Notes: a model not told the origin generated them from the sequence alone. A DNA stretch of 48,417 nucleotides from Tubiluchus corallicola (GCA_030141605.1 JAQGDQ010001303.1:1-48417), one strand, 5' to 3'; shown: positions 1 to 12,561, numbered from the stretch's first letter. Made by a program: numbers and translations.

Positions 1-61
1 ACCGACTCTTCTTTTCAGGTGTCCATACCATCGCAATCTTGCGAGGCTTCCACTACTTTTA
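1..61 (-). mobile_element. RTE-clade LINE fragment (inverted relative of 2287-2339), cut by the window edge
   Basis: Reverse complement taaaagtagtggaag-cctcgcaag-attgcgatggtatggacacctgaaaagaagagtcggt matches 2287-2339 apart from a short indel. Confidence 0.85.
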
Positions 62-882
62 TTGGCATCTAAATTATTTATTATTTTTAAATGTCAGCAA
101 AAGTAACACTGGGAAAATGAAAATTGGTTATTTGCAGGTCCTACAGTTTTAGTTTTGTCTTTTATGGTCTCAGTATAATCAGTCCAACATTCAACATTCA
201 CCATTTCAACATTTCAAGAAGTTCAACATTTGTCCAATTACTTTCACAATTAAGCTTTGATTTGATGTTCAATTCTTTAACTTTTTTGAAAGGTGCATGA
301 AGATCTAAGCAGTATTGGATATTGTTTATTAAAATGTCTACTTGAGTGTTTATATTTGTTGTAAGGTATATCTCGCTCCAGTTCATTTTAGCTAAGTCAT
401 TTAGAAAGTATGTCTCATTATAGTGTGTGAAATCTCTGAAACTTTTCCAAAACGAATTATGATTTGCTGCATTAAAGTGGAACAATTTATCAGCAGTAAT
501 TATAAAATTGTGATCTGAATATTCACAAGGTATACTGTCATGAGCTATAAATTTGCAAGGGTTATTAGTAACAAAATGATCGATTAATGTAAAAGTCGTT
601 TTATTGCACCTTGTTGGTTTATCGTTGTTTAATAGTTCCAATTAAATAAATTTGAAGTTCTTTATTACTTTGTTATATGAGCAGTATTATTAAGAGTGTT
701 AATATTAAAATCGCCCATAATTAAGATTTTGTTTGTTTTTCAAATACTGCTCTTTCTAATTCTATTCCAGTATTTAAAAAAGTTTTTAATTTAGTATTTG
801 GAGGTCTATAAACAGTGCATACTAAATTCCGATGTTGCACCACAGAATTCAATCTTTCCTGTTCGTATACCCACCATTTTGT
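50..882 (-). mobile_element. Inverted partial copy of the intronic L2/CR1 LINE (endonuclease region)
   Basis: Reverse complement aligns closely with ~5850-6692. ORF 198-641 reads TLIDHFVTN and SDHNFI, ending LEMLKW like 6356-6544. Confidence 0.92.
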
Positions 883-1009
883 TGCTGTTGCTGTTGTGTT
901 GTTGTGTTGTTGTTGTTGTTGTTGTTGTGGTGGTGGTGGTGGTGGTGGTGGTGGTGGTGGTGGTGGTGGCGGCGGCGGCGGCAGCGGCGGTGGCGGTGAT
1001 GGTGGTGGT
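879..1009. repeat. Compound trinucleotide microsatellite (GTT)n-(GGT)n-(GGC)n
   Basis: Directly visible; explains the poly-P/T/V/G ORFs. Confidence 0.95.
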
Positions 1010-1260
1010 AATAGACATTTCGGTGCTGTAAAACGCTTACAAAGTTTTCTCATTTAATGCGACCTACGAATTCAGAATTAAACAACAGATGTGCCGGTTG
1101 CCTCCCCTTTCAACACTGGGACATGATATAGCTAGAAATTCATGGAAAATGCAAAAATCACGGACACTGCATCTAAACACTGAAGATGATATTAAAAATA
1201 GAAAGCATGAAGCAACGCATGATTTTCGTCAGCGCAAAAAGTGTATTAACTAACACGAAA

Positions 1261-2818
1261 TTAAAGCAAAACCGATCCAATCTTAAAATGTAGGTCAAAA
1301 CAATCTGCTCTTCAAAATATTGAAAGGAAACACACTATTTTTTCAAAAATGACTTGCCTGAAAGAATTATTAGCACATAAACACAATTTTGCGTTCGCTC
1401 CACTAGTTCTTCGCTGTTACATGCATTTCGCCATTCATTAGTTACACGGGCACTAGCATCTGCATTTCGGAAACACAATGCACAAAAAACAGGCGCTGTA
1501 CCCCTCAGTTCAGATGTGTTAGTTTATAATGAACTATACACGTTGGACAGCTCTTGCGTGAGCACAGCGTAAACGTGAGATCAAACGGTTAACGGAGGCT
1601 TAGAGCACAAGAAAACCCTGTACTACATCAAGCTTAAAAAATTCGTCTTGAAATTTTATGCCACTTATATTGTACCCGTTTGCATGCAGGGCTTGCGTCA
1701 GTAGTAACGTTGTATAAATTTGTAAATTTAAACTCCCGTGGTGGCCGTTAGGCGCAGTCATTTTAAGTCACTTGAAACAAGTTTAGATAACATTGTGTGA
1801 AGTTTAAAAAATTAATTAGAGCATGCGTAGCACACATGTTACTAACTAAATTTTAGATGACTGTATTTTGTCACTATAATTAAAATTACGTTTTTGGTTA
1901 GTGAGTGGTGCACCCTGGTAAAAGGGCGATATTTTACTAATTGGCACAAACATTTTAAATTATTTTTTCTAGTTATATAAGTCTTCCAGCAACCTAGCCA
2001 CTGGGGGGGGGCAAGCCAGCCCAACTCAGTGCCGGTCCCAAGCCCGGATAAATAGGGAGGGTTAGGGTCAGGAAGGGCATCCGCCTGTAAAAACTGCGCC
2101 AAAACCTTCTATGAATGAGTCTCCACAAAGAAGTGGTCAAACCCGCTCTAATCTATGGGCTGGAAGCAGCTTCTCTAAAGAAGACCGAAGAGAAGAAAAT
2201 GGATGTGGTGGAGATGAGGATGTTGAGATGGATGGTGGGAATAACAAGAAGAGATAAAATTAGAAATAATAATATCAGAGGAACAGTAAAAGTAGTGGAA
2301 GATTTGCGATGGTATGGACACCTGAAAAGAAGAGTCGGTGAAGATCATGTGGGAAGGGAGGTCATGGAAATGGAAGTGCTGGGAAATAGAAGAAGAGGAC
2401 GACCCAAGCGGAGATGGGTTGAATGTATTAATGGAGACCTTAGAGAGAATAACATAAATGAAGAGATGGTCAACAACAGGAATGAGTGGAGAAGACTCAT
2501 TCACAACGGCGACCCCGCATAGGGAAAAGCTGGGAAGAAGAAGAAGATAAGTCTTTCAAGCAAGAAAGTGAAATGCTAAGTAACATAGATTTGCACGGAA
2601 AGTTTTTTGGGACACAATTTAACATTGCCTTTTCTTTACCTGATTTATATTTGCCTAGTAATGGCGTCATTCGGAACAGTATTGCGGGAGATTTAAAATG
2701 AAAACGAACAAAAATTCCTTTTAACGCAAGTATGGTATATGCATAAAAATGTTGTAAAATAATTTTTTATGGTGATTTTTCTGAAGCCTACTTCAGGTTC
2801 CCTTTTGTTATCCTTTAA
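1261..2818 (+). mobile_element. Putative non-autonomous TTAA-flanked DNA transposon (Kolobok-like), interrupted by an RTE
   Basis: Starts TTAA-AGCAAAACC and ends ...TCCT-TTAA. The left part recurs at 15341, 15914-16765 and 46309-46910; the right end recurs at ~14835-14885. Superfamily is inferred from TTAA plus AG..CT ends. Confidence 0.55.
1993..2546 (+). mobile_element. Internally deleted (bipartite) RTE-clade non-LTR element
   Basis: RTE-type 5' leader (gccggtcccaagcccggataaa...gggcatccgcctgtaaaa) joined to an RTE ORF C-terminus (EMRMLRW, LRWYGH, RRRGRPKRRW). (GAA)n tail; imperfect TSD ataagtcttccagcaa at 1977 and ataagtctttcaagcaa at 2547. Confidence 0.85.
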
Positions 2819-3507
2819 CGAGAGAGAAAATTATGGGCAAAAAGCCTACTTATAAGCATTCGCCTGTCGATCTACAGTAATCTACAATATGATTCAGTGC
2901 CAGACTATGAAATCGTAGACATTGATCCCACTTTCCTTGCAAGTGGTTTTTACTTGGGTCCTTCACCGTCCTTGTCCACAGTTTTATGATATAGTTCGTT
3001 TTATTCTTCATGCACTGAAAGACCTACTTACAACAGATTAGAACTATTAAAGCAAAGGTATGATGATGTTTTTGAGTTCGTTGACTCCTCGATAACAGAC
3101 AGTAAGTAACCCAGAAAAACCAGCGCAATGTTTACTGTTATTGTTTGTTTGATAAATGCAGTCGAGCGTGTAGTGTAAATAAGTTCAGTAGCAGCATACA
3201 ATGTCTGGCACATACATTCAAGACGTTTTTAGTATGCAGGCCGAACTTAGAGAACAAAATTTAGCTTAGAGTGGTTTCACCTTGTGCAATAAAGAAAAAT
3301 GTGGAATGTCGCTTGCCAACAATTTAATGTAAATAAACGCAAATTAATGCCCAGAGAACGTTTGACATAGTTTCAAGTGATCAAAACTGCGGTGTTTAAG
3401 TGACATAGCGTCAACATTGTGCCTGTACTACGCAACGTGAATGCCTTACTTTCCTTACATTACGAAATCATACTTAAAATTTCAGGAAATCATATTTTGT
3501 TCAGAAA

Positions 3508-3847
3508 ATGCTTGTCGTCCCCTTTGCCGCACTGGTTCTGTCCATTTCTGTCATCTACACCATATGGTCTTGGATTCGCAGACCATCAGGAGTTCCCCCT
3601 GGTCCACCGGGGTGGCCGTTTCTTGGCAACCTGCCTCAGCTAGGAAGTGATGCGCCGCGGACATTGACGAATATGGCACAGAAGTATGGAAGCGTCTTCA
3701 GTCTATACTGGGGCCCAAAACTAGCCGTGGTGATTAATGATTATGACATGATTAAAGAAGCACTTCTGCAAAAGGCAGACGTTTTTGGTGGACGGAGTGA
3801 CTTCCATTTCATGGACCTCATCATGTCCGATGAAGGCGGGGTTAGAG
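3508..3847 (+). CDS. CYP coding exon 1
   Basis: MLVVPFAALVLS...PPGPPGWPFLGNL...GGVR; donor AG|GTATGA at 3848. Confidence 0.9.
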
Positions 3848-6800
3848 GTATGATCACTTAACTTAGATTTCATTATTGCCTTATTGTTGTACTTTCAAAG
3901 AAAAGGACACGTCACTCAATATCACTCAGCCGATTTAATCAGGAACACCCAGGACTGTATTGGTTATATTAAAGCAAAATTTGACTGTTGTAATATATTT
4001 GTTTGTAGTATCCCCACGCTTAAATCAAATAAGTACGCACACGCTGAAGTAATTGATATCGCAAAGGCAAATTCAAGCATTCGCTCGTACAATGACCAGT
4101 TGCTTAATACGATTGAAAAATCAGAATTAGATGACGTCAAAATTTGTGATTTAGTTAGCCATTTCACAGATGAAAACTTGATGGCTAGAGATGGCTTGCA
4201 TTTTAGTAGACTGGGGGTCAGCAAGTTAACAGAACGTATGAAATTGTGTATAAACGACAAAGATCGTTGGTACAGAGCGAAAAAAAGCAACAGCTATCGC
4301 GTATCTAGAGTACCTTCTGTAGAAAACAGTAATTTTAAGCCGTCAACTTATGCTAATGCAGTAAATGGGCCTTATCCTTTAAATGTGTCGAAGCCTGGCC
4401 TACTGCCGACCCCGTTCACAACAGATAATAGGTCATTAACTACTAGGCCCTCAAGCGTTACAACACCTGCAATTAGTACAAACCACTCCAATGAGAAACC
4501 AGAACTTGTGAATAGGCCTAGCTCGTTTGTATTGAGCACCTCGTATTGTGCAGACAATAACAAGGACCCTTCTAACGCCGGTCAAATAATGCACGAAGAT
4601 GCTAGGTCTTCACATACAGATAATGAAAACACGGGATACACGAGAAACGCAAACCAACACGATTTTGCAAACACAGAACCCTACATACAAAACAATCAGA
4701 TTAAAAAGCAAGGTGAACTAAAAAAGGCCTTTAAAACACTGATGCGTGAACTCGTTGCTAAGGTCATATACAAATATACGGCACGCATAATTAGAACCCC
4801 AGAATAAAATATAAAGTATTCTCGTACTAATAAATGTACACAAAGCTGTTTCTATCATTTTACTGTTTATATATTTTATCTAAATAATGGGTTACAATTT
4901 TATTATTATATTTAAATTTGTCACGATAATTGCTGTACTCGTCTTTATTAATTTTATTTCACAATATAAAATAGCGAGGTCTGCGTTTAATGATGGAAGC
5001 AACTGTAAAATACAATTAGTTATTTCTTTCTCTTGTCGTATGACATTTCTAATCAGCATACAAACTTTCACGAACGTAGCAAAGAAATTACCAGTTAGTG
5101 TGTTAATAATAATTATAGCTATCTGGAAAATTAACAGTATATCAACATTTTACTCATTGTACTTCGTTCAAAACGCAATTGGAATTTTATATTACTTAAC
5201 TATTTATTATGGATGCATTAAGCCGAGTAAACTATGTACAAAATTAATTTTTATAACAGCAGTATGCTTACTTTCGAGCTCAGAAAATATCACTGTATAT
5301 GTGGTTGAATTGAGGCACCTGTATTATAAGCAATATGTCACGCGATTAACTCACTTTACTATTGTATTACTATCGTTACTAATATCGCTTTATGTAAAAG
5401 TTCGAAAGCAAATTCGTTTGGTGCAGCCCTACTATAAATGCATACAAACTATTGTAAGAGTGATTCAAATTTATACTAACTTTACACATGCACTATTAAT
5501 TACTGTTTTGCTACTCATATTAGGAGGAATTGAAAGTAACCCAGGCCCGACAAAATACAATAACCCAACAATAAATACAGAATTAAAAAGTTTTATTTAC
5601 AATTATAAAAAAATCTAAAGTTCCTTCACATTAATATCCAAAGCTTAGTAAAAAACATGAATATCTAAAAAAAACAGTCCATGCCACGGAAAATCTAATT
5701 ATTGGCATAAGTGAAACATGGCTACATAAACAAATTTCAAGTACTTCAATACAGTTACCAAATCACACATTATTCAGAAGGGATCGAACAAAAAACAAAA
5801 AAGGAGGAGGAGTAGCCATCTATATACCATCACATTTCACAGCCACAGAAACAAATGGTGGGTATACGAACAGGAAAGATTGAATCTCTGTGGTGCAACA
5901 TCGGGAATTACTTAGTATGCACTGTTTATAGACCTCCAAATACTAAATTAAAAACTTTTTTTAAATACTTCGGAATAGAATTAGAAAGAGCAGTATTTGA
6001 AAACAAACAAATCTTAATTATGGGCGATTTTAATATTAACACTCTTACTAATAATACTGCTTCATATACAAAGTACAAAGAACTTCTAAATTTATTTAAT
6101 GTGGAACTATTAAACAACGATAAACCAACAAGGTGCAATAAAACGTCTTTTACTTTAATCGATCATTTTATTACTAATAACCCTTGCAAATTTATAGCTC
6201 ATGACAGTATACCTTGTGAATATTCAGATCACAATTTTATAATTACTGCTGATTAATTATTCCACTTAAATGCAGCAAATCATAATTCGTGTTGGAAAAG
6301 TTTCACAGATTTCAGACACTATAATGAGACATACTTTTTAAATGACTTAGCTAAAATGAACTGGAGCGAGATATGCCTTACAACAAATATAAACACTCAA
6401 GTAGACATTTTAATAAACAATATCCAATACTGCTTAGATCTTCATGCACCTTTCAAAAAAGTTAAAGAATTGAACATCAAATCAAAGCTTAATTGTGAAA
6501 GTAATTGGACAAATGTTGAACTTTTTGAAATGTTGAAATGGTGAATGTTGAATGTTGGACTGATTATACTGAGACCATAAAAGACAAACTAAAAACTGTA
6601 GGACCTGCAAATAACCAATTTTCATTTTCCAGTGTTACTTTTGCTGACATTTGAAAAATAATAAATAATTTAGATGCCAATAAATGTAGTGGCACATCTG
6701 ACATACCAATAAAAATTCTAAAGGACAGTATGCATTTAATTGCTCCACATATGACCTATATCACTAACCAAATAATAATGCGTGGCAAATTTCCTGATCA

Positions 6801-9800
6801 ATGCAAAACAGATAATATTACACCAATCCACATAAAGAATGCTAAAGATGAACCAATAAATTACAGACCAGTATCAATAGTTCATTGTATGAGTAAAATT
6901 TGGGAAAGAGTAATCTATAATCAAATTATTACATATGTCAATCAAAATGAACTCTTATCGAAACATCAATTCGGATTTAGAAAAAAAACATTCAACTGTC
7001 GATGCTATAATAAACGTAACTGAAAACTGGCGAGATCATCTTGATAAAAACAAATATGTGGCAGCAGCTTTTCTAGATTTAAGTAAAGCTTTCGACAGTT
7101 TAAATCACACACTACTATTAGATAATTTGAAAGAACTTGGATTTGAACAATCAGCATTAAAATTAATTAATGATTACCTACAAAATAGAAAGCAGCGGGT
7201 TAAAATAAACTCTACAACATTCTCAGATTGGGCTAACCTTCAACGAGGTGTCCCGCAGGGCACACTGTTGGGACCCCTACTGTTTAACCTTTACATCAAC
7301 AATATTTCTAACGTTCTACAACATTCAAGTATTACGCAATATGCAGACAACACGACTATTTATCTGGCTCACAAGAATATCAGCATTGCAAAACAGTACT
7401 TAGAAAAAGACATAAAGAATATCAACATGTCAACATGGCATTTAATTATTACAAGCTAAAAGTGAATAGTGACAAAACAGAATTTATGGTATTATCCCCA
7501 ACAATTAACAATACTGAAAATACAGCTGCTATATCCTTGCAAATAGAAAATGATGTTATCGTGCAGTCCAAAGTTGTTAATTTCTTAGGCGTTAAGTTGG
7601 ACAACATGCTTACATGGGAAGAGCAGTTTATCAACATTTATAAAAAAATGGCATTAAGTACTTCGTACCTTCGACAAATCAGAGGACAACTATCAAAACA
7701 AACAAAAATTCTAATTTACAAAACTTTAATTTTGCCGCATTATTTATATGCCTGCATACTATACCAAAAAGTGAAAAGAGAGTCATACATCAAGTTAAAT
7801 GTACTTCAAAACTACGCTTTACGATTAGTTAATGGCCATTCTTTGAAATCATCTCACAATACAAGTAAATATTCTGCCACCTCTTTAAGAAACTCCATGA
7901 AAATCCCGATACTAGAAGCCCACAGAGATTATCAAACTCTCCTGTTTCTCTATAAATATATCAACGATATTAATGCTCCCTTGAAAAACAATAAGCTCCC
8001 ACTTCTTAAAAACCCCAGTATGAATAACAGAACACTAAATTTAAAAAACATCAGAACGAACAACCAATATGGAAAGTATTCCATTACTAAACAAGCTATA
8101 CAACTTTGGAATTCATTACCGACATCACTAAAACACAGCAGCTCTTTAACAATATTCAAGTTTAAATTAAAAAAACATTTAATGACACGTTTTGATTATC
8201 CGACATACGAACACGATGACACCTACTCAAATCATAATTTCATTTTTCCCAGACCGTACTAAACTAGTTTATATTTTATTTTTTGAATTTCTAGTTGCAC
8301 TTATGGTTTAGCTTGCACCAGACGCATTTGCCCAGAACAGTGTATGTTTTTATATGAACTAACACTGATTGTCTGTCTTTTATTATGATGGTCAATGTTT
8401 TAATATGGCAAATAAAGATTTTACTACTACTACTACTACTCAACACTCAACAATAGGTTTATTATGCTGTTATTGAGAAACTGAATGTAGCATTTAGGCT
8501 CAGCAAATTTCAAATTGGAAATAAATTCAAATAACAAAGTGAGAAAAATAATAAGAAAATAGATTGTTCAAGATCTCGTTTTTTGATTTCTTTATGAGAA
8601 CAGACTTTATTAAAATCACAAAAGTATATGTTAAGTACATTAATTTTAAAATCAGGCCTTTCGCCTACTGACTTCAGGCACGCAAAAATCGTCTTGGTTT
8701 TGACCTATTGACCACCACACATTCTTTTGTGGTTTAAATAAATTTTGTTTTTAAAAAGTAGTGAAGTGTGCTCCTTGATCATTTCTGTTTTTACCTTGAC
8801 TTGTCTGTAGGTCTGATACAAACAAGTGGAGCACACTGGAAGGAACAGAGACGGTTTGCCCTGAAGACTCTTAAAGATCTCGGAATGGGAAAGAGATCCA
8901 TGGAACACAGAATCCATAATGAGAGCAAATACTTTCTCAACGCACTCAAAGATTACAAGGGCAAGCCATTCGATGGGCAAGACCTGTTTACCTTTTTTGC
9001 TTCAAACGTCATCTGCAGTGTCACGTTTGGTCATCGATTCGACTATAGCGACAGCGAGTATCAGACTATGGTCCGCAATATTATGGCCATTCCAAAGCAC
9101 CTTGTTGAAGGTAGCATCGTAGACGTTTATCCATTTCTGCGGCACGTACCTCATTGTGGGAAAGATCTTCACCAGAAAATGCAGACATTGGTTGATGCAG
9201 TTCGAGATTTCATGAGAAGACGGATTGTAGAACATCAAGAAACTTTTGGTGACAGCATTGCACGTGATTTTACAGACGCATTTTTAAAAAAGGTCCAATC
9301 AAATACCAATGGCAATACTTTCACTGGTAAGTGCCAATATATTTGTCAAGCAAAGAAAATGCTTTGAATTACTATATTGTTCTTTGTAGATGTACTTAAT
9401 GAATGCGTATGTATGTTTGACGATTGCGGAGATGCAACACCCATGGTGCAGGCGCTAGCGACTCATCTAACTAGCGAATTGGGTTTGTTTTATTTAGGAC
9501 GATTTGTACAATACTCACTGTGAAATTGATCTATTAAGTAATAGAGATTTTTCACTACAACCACAGAACGCTTTTTTCTGTTGCGAGAGCGGAACATACG
9601 TCATCATGTAGTTGCAATGAACATAGACTAGAATAATTTGTAAGAGCGCGTTATAGAATCACAGGATGATTGTAAACTTTTTATAGTCAGTTTCTGCACA
9701 ATTTCGACCGAAGTATCATTATTCGCCAGCAACAAAGTAATGGCTCATGGCATGTTAGTAGTTCTAAAATATAAACTAACTATTACTAACATGCCATGGA

Positions 9801-12092
9801 CCATCATGGAAATATTATATATACAACTTACTGTGCTAAATGTAAAATAATTCTGTTCTATTCTATTCTATTCTATTCTATTCTATTCTATTCTATTCTA
9901 TTCTATTCTATTCTATTCTATTCTACTCTATTCTATTCTCTGTTCTGTTCTGTTCTGTTCTGCTCTGTTCTATTCTATTCTATTCTATTCTATTCTATTC
10001 TATTCTATTCTATTCTATTCTATTCTATTCTATTCTATTCTATTCTATTCTATTCTATTCTATTCTATTCTATTCCATTCCATTCTCTATTCTATTCTAT
10101 TCTATTCTATTCTATTCTATTCTATTCTATTCTATTCTATTCTATTCTATTCTATTCTATTCTATTCTATTCTATTCTGTTCTATTCTCTTCTGATACGT
10201 AGACTTTAGTTTGTAACTTTGTGTTTTGTCTCGTCTCGTGATGGCCTAGGAATTTAAACCATTTAAATTCTTCAAAAGTTCGTCCATAGACTCGCTCAGG
10301 GACTGTAAGTCAAACGTGCTAGGCGTGAATTTTGACGGCGACTGCAGTGACGTCATTTCAGAATGTTTGACTGTAGCTCTCTAATTTATAACTTTTCTGT
10401 TTTCTAGAAAACGAACTAGTGATAACTCTATTCTGCATGATCATAGCAGGGACAGATACGACTTCAATTACAATGAGATGGCTGTTTGCGTACATGATGA
10501 ACTACCCTTTAGTCCAGCGAAAAGTACAAGCTGAAATCGACCTAGTCGTGGGCTCTGGACGCCTGCCGTCGGTAGCAGACCAGACAAACATGCCCTTCAC
10601 AGAGGCAACAATTATGGAGGTACAACGATTAGGTGCGTCTGTGAAATTCATGCAGTCTATAGTTATATAAAAGTATAGCAAGTAATAATATAAAAAGTAC
10701 TTATTTTTTTACTTTTCCTATAATCTGGTCAACATATAGTTCTATATAAGCATGCAAATATACCCACTATTGGACACAAAACAAAATTGTACTTGCATAA
10801 CCTTTTTCCCTTGTTCCACAGCACTGAAGTGATGTATGTGAATATGTAATGTGAGTAATGAATAAGCAGATCAGGGACTTATTAATAAAAGAAAGTTTAC
10901 CTGCGTACCCTAATAAGCCCTCTCTTAATGTACAAGGCGGTTCAATTCCTTTAACTTTATTCTCAAACACTTAGCTATTTGTTACTGTATCAATTTCTTT
11001 TCTACAGGTCTACTTAACCATCACCTATTTGGCCTTTGTAAATATGTAATTAGTACATTATGTTCTATTCTGTCGGCTCTGCCTATATAAACTGATTGTA
11101 TGTTTGTAAAAATTTACTACTGATGATGACAGCAGTAACTTTGTCGAAACGTTTGACACGATTTTTTGATTACATGACACACTATTAGAGACATTCTAAG
11201 GTAGACGCTCTATTAGAGATATTCCAAGATAAACACTATTACATATATTCTAAGAAAGACACTCTATTAGATATATTACAAGTTAGATCTTTATTAGATA
11301 TATTTCAAAATAGACCTCTATTAAATATATTCTAAGATAGATTCTCTGTCAAATATATTCCCAGATAGACAATTTAATAGATATATTCCAAGATAGACAT
11401 TCTTATTAGATTTATTCAAAGATAGACATTTTATTAGATATATTTCTCATCTAATTTCAGCTCAAGTCGTGCCTTTGGCCATTCCTCATGCTACGACAAA
11501 GGAAACGGTTTTTCACGGCTTCTACATACCGGCAAAAACGGTTATTTTTCCAAACTTGTTTGCCGTGCACAGGAACCCCATTTTTTTTCCTGAACCAGAA
11601 GAATTCAAACCAGAGCGGTTCTTGGGTGCAGACGGGAAGCTGATGGGAAAATTTGAACCTTTTCTGCCATTTTCAATAGGTAAGTTAGGTTTACCCGAGA
11701 GCATTAAGAACTGGATTCGTATTACTATTGCTTTTTCCGCAAACACACTCAACCTCATTCTGACACCCAGTAGCAGCAAAACCATAGAATAAAACAAAAA
11801 ACAACTGCAAAAAAATTTAAAAATGAGGTTCGTTATTAGAACTATTTTGATATGTCAAGTGTTTTTACACATCGAGTCAATTCCCATTAATTGACACATG
11901 TATACTTCAGGTTCGCGTATCTGTGCTGGAGAAAAACTAGCCAAAATGACACTGTTCCTCGCCTTCACTGCCATCTTGCAGCACTTTGAAGTTTTGCCAC
12001 CAGAGGGCGAGAAGGCACCGTCACTGGAGGGCGTCACCACCATTTCGAGAGTTCCACGCCCATTTAAGCAAATATTCGTCGCCAGATCTTAG
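3508..12092 (+). CDS. Cytochrome P450, clan 2 (CYP2-like); join(3508-3847,8811-9326,10408-10632,11461-11679,11911-12092), 493 aa
   Basis: All introns are GT-AG and phase 1; 1482 nt is in frame. Motifs: TM anchor, PPGP hinge, WKEQRRF (C-helix), AGTDT (I-helix), EVQR (ExxR), PERF, FSIGSRICAG (heme). Confidence 0.93.
3884..4807 (+). pseudogene. LINE ORF1 remnant, C-terminal half of an SGNH/GDSL esterase plus S/T/P-rich tail
   Basis: IFVCSIP..., YNDQL and RDGLHFS (block V DxxH). The N-terminal GDS block is absent; the first few codons are probably host intron. Confidence 0.7.
3915..8440 (+). mobile_element. 5'-truncated, inactivated L2/CR1-group LINE in CYP intron 1
   Basis: Partial esterase ORF1; APE motifs (HINIQSL, IGISETWL, YRPP, GDFN, SDH); RT motifs (NYRPVS, DLSKAFD, GVPQG); 3'UTR ending aataaa plus (TAC)n tail at ~8422-8440. 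5' boundary approximate. Confidence 0.9.
4887..8262 (+). pseudogene. LINE ORF2 (hydrophobic leader, 2A-like motif, APE endonuclease, RT), frameshifted
   Basis: Several frameshifts, an apparent internal deletion near 6540, and catalytic YADD changed to YADN. Ends LWNSLP...FPRPY*. Confidence 0.88.
8811..9326 (+). CDS. CYP coding exon 2
   Basis: Acceptor ttgtctgtAG; G-LIQTSGAHWKEQRRF...; donor G|GTAAGT. Confidence 0.92.
9851..10190. repeat. (TTCTA)n pentanucleotide microsatellite
   Basis: Directly visible, with TTCTG and TTCCA variants. Confidence 0.95.
10408..10632 (+). CDS. CYP coding exon 3
   Basis: Acceptor tttctgttttctAG; ENELVITLFCMIIAGTDTT...MEVQRL; donor G|GTGCGT. Confidence 0.92.
10860..11160 (+). 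mobile_element. Penelope-like element 3' remnant (GIY-YIG C-terminus plus pLTR)
   Basis: 10876-10962 reads DLLIKESLPAYPNKPSLNVQGGSIPLTLF, typical of a PLE ORF end. A hammerhead core follows; related sequence lies at 12877-13125. Confidence 0.75.
11112..11156 (+). ncRNA. Minimal hammerhead-ribozyme-like motif of a Penelope pLTR (probably decayed)
   Basis: CTGATGA (11120-11126), stem II GACA/TGTC, GAAAC (11146-11150), palindromic AACGTT; stem I is weak. Confidence 0.6.
11183..11445. repeat. Degenerate ~28-bp minisatellite (tattagatatattcYaagatagacactc)
   Basis: About nine diverged units ending just before the exon 4 acceptor. Confidence 0.8.
11461..11679 (+). CDS. CYP coding exon 4
   Basis: Acceptor aatttcAG; AQVVPLAIPH...FKPERFL...PFSI; donor G|GTAAGT. 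Confidence 0.92.
11911..12092 (+). CDS. CYP coding exon 5
   Basis: Acceptor tacttcAG; G-SRICAGEKLA...ARS* (heme Cys). Confidence 0.92.
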
Positions 12093-12561
12093 ATATTTTG
12101 TAGTAACAAATTATAAAAAACACTTTTATTATTTCATGCTTTCCACAGAGCACATGTTTTTTTAAAGATGAAATATGCTGTCATGGCGCATAGGTCGTGA
12201 GTTCAATTCTAGCTTTTTCTAATTTTTTTGTTTCGTTTAACATTGCAATTTTTCTCATTCAAAATGTTTTTCTTTTACTTGAAAGACATTTAATTTACTT
12301 TGTATGTTCTGTTGCTAGTAATAATCTTACATGGTTTTATGCTGACTTGAATACCTGACTTCGTATACACATGGGCCATTAAAGTTTATGTTGTGCGGTT
12401 GTTTGTAATTTGACACGTATCAGCTTGAAAGTCTGCATTTAGTTCGTTGGTTATAATGCATTTCATTATTTTGTGAAATACAATATGTGAAGTGTAGTGT
12501 TTTTTTCTATGCAGTAATGGTGTTAAAATTATGTATGTTTTTACTTAATGTGAAGTGAAAC

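Noticed and set aside
721-1057. Poly-Pro/Gln/Thr/Val/Gly ORFs
   Set aside because: Translations of a compound microsatellite plus LINE sequence.
3915-8440. Active autonomous LINE
   Set aside because: Frameshifts, internal deletion, YADN active site and truncated ORF1.
9796-10209. (ILFYS)n ORF; likewise ORFs at 17878, 17888, 24674, 24721 and 36458
   Set aside because: Simple-repeat translations.
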